Origin: a virus | Taxonomy: Duplodnaviria; Caudoviricetes | Length of the DNA stretch: 64,000 nt | Direction: 5' to 3' (one strand) | IMG/VR virus record: IMGVR_UViG_3300034101_006325 | Coordinates: 96,001-160,000 of that record | In this document: positions 46,236-55,248 of the stretch, piece after piece | Layout of the letters: each line of letters starts with the position of its first letter | Numbering within the stretch: the stretch's first letter is position 1 | Notes under the pieces: generated by a model | Databases searched by the model: none | The model's input: the letters and a program-made list of their open reading frames with translations, nothing else | Told to the model about the DNA's origin: nothing | Translations under genes and position numbers: made by a program

Positions 46236-48656
46236 TTAAACAAGGTAGGCATTAAATTCTTCAGGTGACAAAGTCAAAGCATTGGATCTTTTTGCCGGTA
46301 AAATATTAAAATCTTTAGTAATTCCTATCACATAGTATACCAAAGTTCCTCTATCTTCTTTTTCTAATTTTAGAATAACATCACGATTATGCAATGTTCC
46401 AACAAAAGATTTTTTCTTAGCTACTTCTTTTATTAAAATAAAATGATCGTAATCATCTAAAGTACCTGTTAATTGCCAAGAAATTTTTACATGCTCCATG
46501 TCTATTCTTCTAGCATCAACATTATTAATACCAAAAAAATTATTTAAACCTTGTAGAGTATATTCTTGTAGTATACCAATATTTTGGTCCGAAGATAGAC
46601 CGATAATAGTTCCATGAGTATCTTCTGCGTACATATGACCTGTTTGTAATACATAAGGTTGTCTCCAGATGTAAGGTCTATATGAATAAGTTCTAGGAAC
46701 TAAAGTGCTATTGTTGTTGCTATTGTTGTTTCCTAAATTAATTTCAACAGTTTTAATCCTGTCCTTAAATACCGTTTCAATGTCTTTTAAAATTCCATGA
46801 ACTTGATAGTTGTAGGAATTCGTAGGGTCAAGATCATCGATTCCTAATGCAGTCCTTGAAGAAAAATCATCTGAAAATTCAGCAGAATTGGTTGCACTGA
46901 TTTGATTAAATTCCTCAATTTTTCCATTTTTTAAATTTGTTCTAACTACTTTAAAAAATAAAAATTTTGATAATTCGTCTGTTGAATTTTTAATTTCTTC
47001 TGCAAATAAACTATACAATTGACTATTGGTTAGTTCTCCTAAAATTTTATCTAATTCATTGGTTTCAACGGTTGAATTAATTGTAAATCTAAAAAAATGC
47101 TTATTGTTTTCAATGCCTCTTAGCTGATTAGAAATATTAATTTTTATAATTTTGTTTTTAGAAAAATTAGCATGTCTATAAACAGTTGATTTTGACTGAA
47201 CGATTCCATGTGAGGTCAAATATTCAAGTGTATACTCGTAAACTTTATCTTCCTGAACTTCAGCATCAAAAATACTTTGTTGATCAGTATTAGGTTGAAT
47301 AAAATCAAAATCAATAAAATTTAATTCAACAGCAGTATTTTTTTGATTGCTGGTGTGAAGCATTCTTTTTTTAATTCTAAATTTAGATGCAAAAGTTGGA
47401 ATATTCCTTACAGTAACTAGGGCAGCATTTCCTATGCTTTTGACTATTAATGCTGATGTGTCTATTGTAAATGCATTGCAGTGTGCTATGCTTTTAAAAA
47501 AAGGACTATTGACATGATAAAGACTATTACCGACATAACATCGGTAAATGTCCACATAATTTTCAGGTTTATAGTCTATACCCGAGTAGACTGTTGCAGG
47601 TGAATAATTTATATTCTTTTCTAGAAGACCTTTAAATAAGGATGGATCTCCTCTTCCTGACACTGATTTTTTTTGGATAATAACATTGTTAATATCTTCA
47701 GAATTAAATGCAACCTTTAAATTTTTACCACCTATTTTTAAATTTGGAACTTGGCTGAGCTGTCTAGCATTAGTAATTAAAGTTGGTGCATCAAAAATCT
47801 TTCTAATTGAAAAAACAGGGGTAGGATTATCAATCTGATGAACATCAAATTGCACAGTCAAAGGTTTGTTGCAGTGAGATTTTGGAAGATCAACTGCATA
47901 TCTAATAAATTTTTTGTCTGCAAAAATCTTTTTTTTAACTTTTTTGTAATAAAAATTTTCTTTTGAAAGAGAATCCAAAGCATCGTTAAAATAATAGTCA
48001 CCTATTTGTTTAATAGAGTGAATTGCAGAATTTGCAACTATATTCTCACCATTATTTTTAGATGTGTAAATATTGATAATTTCTGCAGGATCAATTTGAT
48101 AATTTGTTAATAAATTTAGTGCATTATTCTTATAATTTTTTTCATTAATTGGTCTATCTACCAGTGGCCCTGTTTTTGTTAAAAAATTACTATCATTGGT
48201 GCTTGTTATCTCTTCAAGAGTCTCTACAGTGTCATACAATCCTTCAATATTTGTTAGAATTGCTCCGTTTTTAATTTGCTCTTTATTGAGAGAAAGATTA
48301 TAACTAAAAGGAAAATTTTTACTAAAAATTTTACTTATTGCCTTCTTTTTTGCTTCCTGAACTTGAAGTTTGCTCTTTTGAAGCAAGTCATTAGCTTTTT
48401 TCTTGCCTGAGTTAAAATAACCAGTTCTGGCATTGTATAAATTGGCGCCAGCATCTTCTTCTTCTATTCCTTCGTTAATATCAGTAAAAACTGATATCTT
48501 TACATGATTTAGATCATTTTTGATAATGTCACTCTGAAGGTAACTTACTAAAAAACTAAATCTGTAGAAGGTATTTGTTTGAGAAACAAAAGAAGAAAAA
48601 TATTTTTCAATTCTTAGGACGTCATTTTGAGAAAATTTATTGGTAAAAACTTTCAT
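46236..48656 (-). CDS. Large AT-rich putative virion protein with Fn3-like segments
   Basis: 806 aa; VYEYTLEY, SYNYQVHG, VKISWQ, YYVIGI strands. Confidence 0.55.
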   Translation of the reverse strand: MKVFTNKFSQNDVLRIEKYFSSFVSQTNTFYRFSFLVSYLQSDIIKNDLNHVKISVFTDINEGIEEEDAGANLYNARTGYFNSGKKKANDLLQKSKLQVQEAKKKAISKIFSKNFPFSYNLSLNKEQIKNGAILTNIEGLYDTVETLEEITSTNDSNFLTKTGPLVDRPINEKNYKNNALNLLTNYQIDPAEIINIYTSKNNGENIVANSAIHSIKQIGDYYFNDALDSLSKENFYYKKVKKKIFADKKFIRYAVDLPKSHCNKPLTVQFDVHQIDNPTPVFSIRKIFDAPTLITNARQLSQVPNLKIGGKNLKVAFNSEDINNVIIQKKSVSGRGDPSLFKGLLEKNINYSPATVYSGIDYKPENYVDIYRCYVGNSLYHVNSPFFKSIAHCNAFTIDTSALIVKSIGNAALVTVRNIPTFASKFRIKKRMLHTSNQKNTAVELNFIDFDFIQPNTDQQSIFDAEVQEDKVYEYTLEYLTSHGIVQSKSTVYRHANFSKNKIIKINISNQLRGIENNKHFFRFTINSTVETNELDKILGELTNSQLYSLFAEEIKNSTDELSKFLFFKVVRTNLKNGKIEEFNQISATNSAEFSDDFSSRTALGIDDLDPTNSYNYQVHGILKDIETVFKDRIKTVEINLGNNNSNNNSTLVPRTYSYRPYIWRQPYVLQTGHMYAEDTHGTIIGLSSDQNIGILQEYTLQGLNNFFGINNVDARRIDMEHVKISWQLTGTLDDYDHFILIKEVAKKKSFVGTLHNRDVILKLEKEDRGTLVYYVIGITKDFNILPAKRSNALTLSPEEFNAYLV

Positions 48657-49720
48657 TGTTCCTCTTCTTCATCATCATTTCCAAATACAAGAGTAAAAAT
48701 ATTGACAAAACAGTCAGTTCCTGTATCGTCAGTTATGACTTTTCCTACATAGTATACTTTTTTGTCTGAAACAACAACATTTCTCGAATCATTGGCATAA
48801 ATCTTTGCATCTATAACATCGAGTTTTTTTACTTCGCTGTTGTTAATTTCAAAAAATTGAGCAATTATTTCGTTGTCTTTTGAAGTAGGATCAAATATTA
48901 CTTTTTTATATGAGTAATTTTTTAATTTTTCCTGCAAAATGTCGTATGTAACTTTAGTTGTTGGCCCCCATGGAGGGTAGTTACCTAAATTGTAATTTTT
49001 ATTTCTTAATTCTAAAGAATTGGTTCTATCGATATTGGGGTCATTAATCTTTACAGTTGGTGGTAGATAGAGAAAATTTTCTACATTATTCAATTTATCA
49101 TCACTAAAAAGTGAGTCAATTGTATTGACATTTGTAGGATTTACTTTAGCAATTTCATCTTCTCTAAAATTTATTTCGAATTGTACTTCCTCAACATTTA
49201 ATGCAAAATCTTGATCCTCAAAAATAGGATCAGCAGTTCCAAGTATACAAAGACTCTTAAAATTATCGAGTGAAGAAGTTAAGATTCCTTCAAGCAATGA
49301 AGCAAATTTTTGCCCATAAATTAATTCTTCTGTAAAACTGCCTTCAATACCAACGTCAGAAGAAAAGATTTGAGATCTTGCTTTTAATTTGCCATTTACA
49401 AAAGAAGTCCATGCTAAGCTGCTTGTGATGCTTCCAGTAACAGTTGTTGTCTCTAGCGTCGCATGCTGTCTAAAAGGTGAAAGTCTACCAGAATCATCTG
49501 CTTCAAATGTTATCTGATCATATGGCGCGTTAAATGCTTCAAAATACAGCTTGTCTGTAGGATCTAGATGACCATTCGCATCATCTCTTCTATAGACAAG
49601 CATTCTATCGGAAAAAGTATAGTACTTTACCTCAAAAGTATTTTGAGACATTTGACGACGGCCTTCGTAGGTTAGAATGCCGTCGAGTACTCTAGATTTA
49701 TTATCTATAATTCCGCTCAT
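48653..49720 (-). CDS. Baseplate-like protein, paralog of 39673..40383
   Basis: ATG 49720; VLDGILTYEGRRQMS...YYTFSD. Confidence 0.55.
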   Translation of the reverse strand: MSGIIDNKSRVLDGILTYEGRRQMSQNTFEVKYYTFSDRMLVYRRDDANGHLDPTDKLYFEAFNAPYDQITFEADDSGRLSPFRQHATLETTTVTGSITSSLAWTSFVNGKLKARSQIFSSDVGIEGSFTEELIYGQKFASLLEGILTSSLDNFKSLCILGTADPIFEDQDFALNVEEVQFEINFREDEIAKVNPTNVNTIDSLFSDDKLNNVENFLYLPPTVKINDPNIDRTNSLELRNKNYNLGNYPPWGPTTKVTYDILQEKLKNYSYKKVIFDPTSKDNEIIAQFFEINNSEVKKLDVIDAKIYANDSRNVVVSDKKVYYVGKVITDDTGTDCFVNIFTLVFGNDDEEEEQ

Positions 49721-49767
49721 GATCGACCATAACAAATATTACTAATTACATAAAACTAACCCAGTAA

Positions 49768-51162
49768 TTATAGAATCTTTGAAGCAAGGGTCGCCAACTC
49801 ACTTCTCTCACCCTTGAGAAGACTCACATGGCCAGCTATGGGGTAGTCTTTAAATTTTTCAATTGCATATGTTAGGCCATTAGTAAACACATCAACGTGT
49901 ACGTTATCAATTTGTTCAATATCTCCAGTAAGAACTATTTTAGTACCATCACCAACTCGAGTGATGATTGTCTTTAGTTCGTGCATTGAAAGATTTTGAG
50001 CCTCATCAATGATGATATAAGCATTGGGAATTGAGCGGCCGCGGATGAATGTGATTGCCTCAATTTCGATGAGACCTTTTTCCTGGAGGAGTGAAAGGTA
50101 GTATTCATCGTTTGACTTTGGTTTTCCGTTGGGGTCAACACCACTTGGAACTTTGCGACGGTGACCTTTCTTGCCACTCATTAGAAAGTTCATATTGTCA
50201 CGGATTGGTGCAATCCATGGCTCCATCTTTTCCTCAAGTGTGCCTGGAAGGAATCCAATGTCTTTGCCTACAGGTTGAACTGGCCGGGTAACAATGAGTT
50301 TGTCGTACTTAGGCTGACCACCCAGTCCTTTTAACTGTTCTAGCGCTGCAGCAATAGCAAGCAATGTTTTTCCTGTACCAGAAGGCCCCGTCAAAGTTAA
50401 AAGTTTAATATTGTCATCAAACAACAAATCATAAGAAAATGATTGTTCCTTATTTCTCGGCTTAAGACCAAATGCAGACTCAATCTTGGTAATTGGAACA
50501 AGTGGTTTTTCAGGATGCAAACATTTTGCAAGTGCTGATTTTATTGTTTTGCCATCTATTCCCGTAGTTTTTATGACAATAATTTGATTTGGGTAAAGTT
50601 TTCTATCGCCAATAAATTCATCAGGTATCCAAACCTGCTCTTCATGATAGAAACTATCGACATATTCTTCGGGTACCTCTAAAACTTCAACACCTCGATA
50701 GAACTGCTCTTCATTGGCAGTTACTCTCATTTTTAAATAGTCTTCGCACTTAATTCCTAAAGAATCACATTTAATTCTAACATTAATATCTTTGGAGACG
50801 AGAATACAATTTTCTTTCTCATGTTGTAATTGAAACATGAGCGCAATGATCATATTATCTGTTTTTGATGTTTGAAGTTCTTGTGGAAGTTTATTGGCCC
50901 ATTCTGAATTAACTGAAACAATCCTTAGAGATCCTCCTTGAGGAAGACTTACACCATCAGTCAAACTTCCTTTGGAGCGCAAGTCGTCAAGAGACCTTGA
51001 TATTTGACGAGCGCCTTTTCCAACTTCATCCAATCGACTTTTATGACGGTCTAGTTCTTCTAAGACTGCCATAGGAATTATCAAATCATTGTCTTCAAAA
51101 GAAAAAATTGAATTTGAGTCGCTGAGTAAAACGTTTGTATCTAGGACGTATAATTTTTTCAT
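49768..51162 (-). CDS. phoH: PIN-PhoH protein (PhoH2/YlaK-type)
   Basis: YVLDTNVLL and SKDINVRIK (PIN); GPSGTGKTLLA; VTRP; GFLPGTLEEKMEPW; FIRGRS; IIDEAQNL; GDIEQID; ATG 51162. Confidence 0.9.
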   Translation of the reverse strand: MKKLYVLDTNVLLSDSNSIFSFEDNDLIIPMAVLEELDRHKSRLDEVGKGARQISRSLDDLRSKGSLTDGVSLPQGGSLRIVSVNSEWANKLPQELQTSKTDNMIIALMFQLQHEKENCILVSKDINVRIKCDSLGIKCEDYLKMRVTANEEQFYRGVEVLEVPEEYVDSFYHEEQVWIPDEFIGDRKLYPNQIIVIKTTGIDGKTIKSALAKCLHPEKPLVPITKIESAFGLKPRNKEQSFSYDLLFDDNIKLLTLTGPSGTGKTLLAIAAALEQLKGLGGQPKYDKLIVTRPVQPVGKDIGFLPGTLEEKMEPWIAPIRDNMNFLMSGKKGHRRKVPSGVDPNGKPKSNDEYYLSLLQEKGLIEIEAITFIRGRSIPNAYIIIDEAQNLSMHELKTIITRVGDGTKIVLTGDIEQIDNVHVDVFTNGLTYAIEKFKDYPIAGHVSLLKGERSELATLASKIL

Positions 51163-51230
51163 GCCTGTAATCATTATATTATGCTTAAACAACAAAGTGT
51201 CAAGTTTGTAATTTGAATTTAACTGATAAG

Positions 51231-51497
51231 ATGAAAAACAAGAAGCTAAAGATCATTCAAACAAACGAGACATGCTATAATCTTCATGAAAGACACAATG
51301 TGTCTTGTCACAAAAAGACTTGTAGTAGCTGGATTAACTATTCAGAATCTAAGAACTGTGCAATAATTGCTTCAAAGTCAGGTCCAAAGACCCTGCAAGA
51401 AATTGGCAAGATCTATGGCCTGACTCGAATGAGAATCTGTCAAATAGAAAAAAATATCTACGAAAAAATAAAAAATATAATTCAAAATAATTTATGA
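51231..51497 (+). CDS. Stand-alone sigma70 region 4 HTH protein with an N-terminal Cys cluster
   Basis: KTLQEIGKIYGLTRMRICQIEKN; four upstream Cys; start may be 51213. Confidence 0.7.
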   Translation: MKNKKLKIIQTNETCYNLHERHNVSCHKKTCSSWINYSESKNCAIIASKSGPKTLQEIGKIYGLTRMRICQIEKNIYEKIKNIIQNNL

Positions 51498-51767
51498 TTA
51501 TTTTTTTGTCTTTTTCGTTGATGTCTTGGGTGTTTTTTTGTCATCCAGAGTAGGTGTGCTTTCATTTACCAAATTTTTTTCTTGATTTTCAGATGATTTT
51601 GCTTGAAAAGCAAAATTTAATTTTTCTTGAAAATTTTCATCTTTAACTTCAGATTTATTTGGATCATTTAAAGACAACTTACCTTTTTCGTTAAGAACAT
51701 AGTCTTTTGTTGGGTCTAAATCATTGGTAGCAATTTCTATCAATCTTGCTTTATTATGATGTCTCAT
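51498..51767 (-). CDS. Hypothetical charged protein
   Basis: ATG 51767 (MRHHNKAR) avoids overlap with the Hc1-like gene. Confidence 0.55.
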   Translation of the reverse strand: MRHHNKARLIEIATNDLDPTKDYVLNEKGKLSLNDPNKSEVKDENFQEKLNFAFQAKSSENQEKNLVNESTPTLDDKKTPKTSTKKTKK

Positions 51768-51777
51768 AAAGATGCTC

Positions 51778-51981
51778 TCACTTATTTTCTTGCTTAGATG
51801 ATTTTTCAAGTTCAATTGTAAGCTTGACGAGCTCTTTTGATTTTGTCTGAAGAGCTCTCAAACCTTTTCTAGCTCTAACTCCAGCTGCTGAAACGCCTCT
51901 TGCATTTTTTGCAATATCAACTTCTAAAGCTTCAACTAAAGATTTAAGCTCATTCCACTTTAATAACACGTCATTTTCCAT
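51778..51981 (-). CDS. Histone H1-like nucleoid protein, Hc1 family
   Basis: KNARGVSAAGVRARKGL resembles the Hc1 G..AAG.RARK motif; SD AGGAG. Confidence 0.75.
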   Translation of the reverse strand: MENDVLLKWNELKSLVEALEVDIAKNARGVSAAGVRARKGLRALQTKSKELVKLTIELEKSSKQENK

Positions 51982-52009
51982 TTAAGTAACTCCTATAATT
52001 GTACATAGA

Positions 52010-53653
52010 TTATAAAACATCAAATTCTTTTGGAAACATTCTACTATTATTTTTATAGAATCTTTCCCAATCTGTGTCTAGTATATATGACACAGCATGG
52101 TCAGATTCATTCCTAATGGATCTACCAAGAGATTGTATGACAGACTTAGCAGTCATATATGGATACCAAAACTTATTTTTTTCCATTCTTTTCTTGACAA
52201 CTAAATCTCCTAAATAAGGAAAAGGTATCTTGCAGATAATCTGAAATCTACTAAAATCATCGTATAAGTCTACGCCTTCCATCATTGAAGGGCTCAATAG
52301 AACAGTAGGCTCAATACTTTGTAAGTGTTTTTTCAAAACTTCTTCTCTATTGAGAGAATCATGAATCATTAACCTTTCATTTAGAACATTCTCTTGAATG
52401 TATTTAGCAACTTTATAATTGGTACAATGAATTATGCCTTTTTCTTTTGAATGTTTTTCTAATAGCATTCTGATAACTTCTGCAATCTTAGGAAGAGAAG
52501 CATCAATGTTATTTTTAGACATTGATCCTACAGGCAAAAAGTGTATAGGCCTATTTTTAGCAGGAAAAGGCGACGGTATTGAAAGGTAAGCAACATCATC
52601 ACTTTTTAGACCGATTGATTGACAAAAAATATCTTTATCAACAATTGTTGCTGACATTAAGAGAACCCTACCCCCTAATTTAAAAAAATAGTCATTTGAA
52701 TATTGAGATATATCAATAGGCTTAAATTCGTATTTTTTCCCTGCTTTTTTATTTTCAAAAGCAGGTATAACAATATTCATAACCCAATTGTCTGGTTTAT
52801 ATGATTCTACAAATTGATCTAATTTACTCAGATGTTTTTCGAGCATTTCGTATTGCTTTGAGAAAACTCCGTATCCTTCTACATCTCCACTCAGTTTAAC
52901 CAATGATTTTTCAATATCATTGATGTATTTTTTTGCAGATTTTCTGTAAGAAGTTCTTATCCAATCAAAAATTGCTGATTGAGACTCGGACTTTGGCGGT
53001 CGACATTTGAGTACATCTTTTGAAAATTTTTCTGAAAATGTTACTTCAATAAATTTTCCTAATTCTGACTCTACATTGTGTGCCTCATCAACAACTAACA
53101 TGCCTCTAGGTTCAAGCTTGCCAGAATAAGTTGATTCAGCTAGCAAGTATGGAAAATTTGTTACTGCGAGTGGTGAATCAATAAATTCTTGTTTTTCTAT
53201 TGAGTATTTGCACTGTTGTTTACAATGCTTTTGAAATTCTGTTCCATTGAGTTGTTTACCTAGTTTTGTTAGGATTCTTTTTGACTCTGCACATGATTGA
53301 TCTGTATAAAAAGAACAAGTATAGTTGTTTGAAGATTTAATAGATTTAACTAGATTTTTATTAGTTTGTTCTCCAAAATCTCTCAAATATTGTTCTTGTA
53401 GAATTTTTTGTGTAGTTACAATATAAGCACCAGTCAGTGGATCTCCTGCTTCATTTTTTACAGTATTGCCATGCATTTCCATATAACGTGCAATGGTAAT
53501 ACCAGTGGCAGACTTGCCTACTCCTGTACCAAGTTCAAGAATTACAGTTCTTTTTCCTTTCTCAAAAGCATCTATTGCAAATTCAATTGCTTTTTTTTGT
53601 TCATTTCTTATTTTAGAAAAAGGAAAGTACTTTAAGTAATCATGAGTAGGCAT
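52010..53653 (-). CDS. DinG/Rad3-like superfamily 2 helicase
   Basis: LGTGVGKS; four-Cys region (possible Fe-S); VVDEAHN; MSAT; QSLGRSIR..SD. Confidence 0.85.
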   Translation of the reverse strand: MPTHDYLKYFPFSKIRNEQKKAIEFAIDAFEKGKRTVILELGTGVGKSATGITIARYMEMHGNTVKNEAGDPLTGAYIVTTQKILQEQYLRDFGEQTNKNLVKSIKSSNNYTCSFYTDQSCAESKRILTKLGKQLNGTEFQKHCKQQCKYSIEKQEFIDSPLAVTNFPYLLAESTYSGKLEPRGMLVVDEAHNVESELGKFIEVTFSEKFSKDVLKCRPPKSESQSAIFDWIRTSYRKSAKKYINDIEKSLVKLSGDVEGYGVFSKQYEMLEKHLSKLDQFVESYKPDNWVMNIVIPAFENKKAGKKYEFKPIDISQYSNDYFFKLGGRVLLMSATIVDKDIFCQSIGLKSDDVAYLSIPSPFPAKNRPIHFLPVGSMSKNNIDASLPKIAEVIRMLLEKHSKEKGIIHCTNYKVAKYIQENVLNERLMIHDSLNREEVLKKHLQSIEPTVLLSPSMMEGVDLYDDFSRFQIICKIPFPYLGDLVVKKRMEKNKFWYPYMTAKSVIQSLGRSIRNESDHAVSYILDTDWERFYKNNSRMFPKEFDVL

Positions 53654-53702
53654 ACTAAACTGTTATACAACAGTCAACTGATATTTTGCATTTAGCAAAT
53701 TA

Positions 53703-54296
53703 TCAATTTTCACCAATGACTTTGTCAACAATTCCTAGCTTCACAGCTTGTTCCGGAGTCAAAAAACAGTCATGTCCTGCTTTCATCAGGTCGTCAATTT
53801 CTTCTTTTTTCATTGTTGTTTCTGAAAGAAGTGCTGATGTCATGAGTTCCTGAAGTCTTGTAAACTCTTTCATCTCATTCATTGCTTCAAAAACATTGCC
53901 AATTACTCCACCTGAAATTGGATGTATCATGATCCTTGCAGACTTACCAATCATTCGCTTGCCTTTAACACCAGAAGCTAAAAGAAGAACTCCGGCTGAC
54001 ATGACCTTGCCTAAGGCAATAGTGTGAACTGGGCATGGCAAGAATTTGATGGTATCATAGAGCGAAAACATCTCGTCGACTGATCCACCATACGTAGAAA
54101 TTACAAGATGAATTGGCTTGTGATTTTGATTAGCCAATTGAAGCATTTGAACTATTACATTGCAAATAGAAGCTTCATTGACTTCTCCGTGTAGAACGAC
54201 CAACCTGGCATCTGGACCTGATTGAGAAGACGTTGTATAAATAATTTCTTCTAAACTATTAGATTTACCACTTTTAATATTAGTAGGTCTTCCCAT
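53703..54296 (-). CDS. clpP: Clp protease proteolytic subunit
   Basis: STYGGSV; VMSAG (Ser); IMIHP (His); HDCF (Asp); A.KLGIVDKV. Confidence 0.9.
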   Translation of the reverse strand: MGRPTNIKSGKSNSLEEIIYTTSSQSGPDARLVVLHGEVNEASICNVIVQMLQLANQNHKPIHLVISTYGGSVDEMFSLYDTIKFLPCPVHTIALGKVMSAGVLLLASGVKGKRMIGKSARIMIHPISGGVIGNVFEAMNEMKEFTRLQELMTSALLSETTMKKEEIDDLMKAGHDCFLTPEQAVKLGIVDKVIGEN

Positions 54297-54529
54297 TACT
54301 TTGTTCCTTCATAGACGTGAGTCATATTGATATTAGGGTTCATTTCTTTTAAAATTGATGTTAATTCTTGCATCTTTTCGACATCTTCTAGTTCTAATGC
54401 AAGATAATACATAATAAGCCATCTTTGTCGTTCAGTTATTCCAAAATTATTTATTTCTAAAATAATTTTCCTTGCTTGATTATTTTCTTCAGCAAGTTTA
54501 TCTGACATAGTTTGTCCATATGAATTCAT
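54296..54529 (-). CDS. Hypothetical helical protein
   Basis: 77 aa; stop/start overlaps with both neighbours. Confidence 0.7.
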   Translation of the reverse strand: MNSYGQTMSDKLAEENNQARKIILEINNFGITERQRWLIMYYLALELEDVEKMQELTSILKEMNPNINMTHVYEGTK

Positions 54530-54999
54530 GAAATAACTCCTGAAGATCTTGTGAAATTCTCTACTTTACAAATTGATTCTCCTAGAATTCTAATATATTT
54601 TCCGTATATTTCATCATTTTCAGCGTCTGTAGATAGAACAACATAGTTACCCCATTGTTTATTTTCTACTATAAACTGAACTGATTCCCAAGTAGCTAAA
54701 TCAGCATTATTGGCTTCAAGTATCGATGAAAAATTTGAATGAAGAGAAGGTTTAATATCTTCTAATTTAATTAAAGAATTCATATTTTCTTTGCCTGTCT
54801 GAATCTCAGACTTGCATATGTCGACTATTTTATGAATAACTCCACAATTGTTGCATTGTGAATATTTTGTTTCAATAGTTTGATCTTCTTCATTCAAAAC
54901 AGAAAAAACTATGAAATGATGCGGTGGTGGATTTTGCCTCTGTTTAAATTGAGGTAAAATACAACGACATTTTATTAAATGTTTTTGACCAATTTTCAT
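54526..54999 (-). CDS. Putative Zn-binding hypothetical protein
   Basis: CRC and CNNC..H..C motifs. Confidence 0.7.
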   Translation of the reverse strand: MKIGQKHLIKCRCILPQFKQRQNPPPHHFIVFSVLNEEDQTIETKYSQCNNCGVIHKIVDICKSEIQTGKENMNSLIKLEDIKPSLHSNFSSILEANNADLATWESVQFIVENKQWGNYVVLSTDAENDEIYGKYIRILGESICKVENFTRSSGVIS

Positions 55000-55208
55000 C
55001 TTTTGGTAATGTACTCTATATTTTTCTGGAAGTTACTAATTCCTCTATGGTAACTTTGTTCTATTGAATTGTCTATGACTTCTAAGAGTTTATTTAATTG
55101 CTCTGAATTTAATCCCAAGTTCATTTCAATGACATTATTTTTTGTAACATCCTTGGAATAATTGACAAGATTTAGTACTTCTTTTGAAATTTTATCTAAA
55201 TGATTCAT
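54996..55208 (-). CDS. Hypothetical protein
   Basis: 70 aa; overlaps the downstream start. Confidence 0.6.
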   Translation of the reverse strand: MNHLDKISKEVLNLVNYSKDVTKNNVIEMNLGLNSEQLNKLLEVIDNSIEQSYHRGISNFQKNIEYITKR

Positions 55209-55248
55209 GTTGTAAAGATAAATTTAATTACTAAAAAATGTGTGTAAA

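Noticed and set aside
53659-53674. Inverted repeat ACTGTT-ATAC-AACAGT upstream of the helicase, resembling a LexA box
   Set aside because: Spacing is CTG-N8-CAG rather than CTG-N10-CAG; a single 6-bp arm in AT-rich DNA is weak evidence
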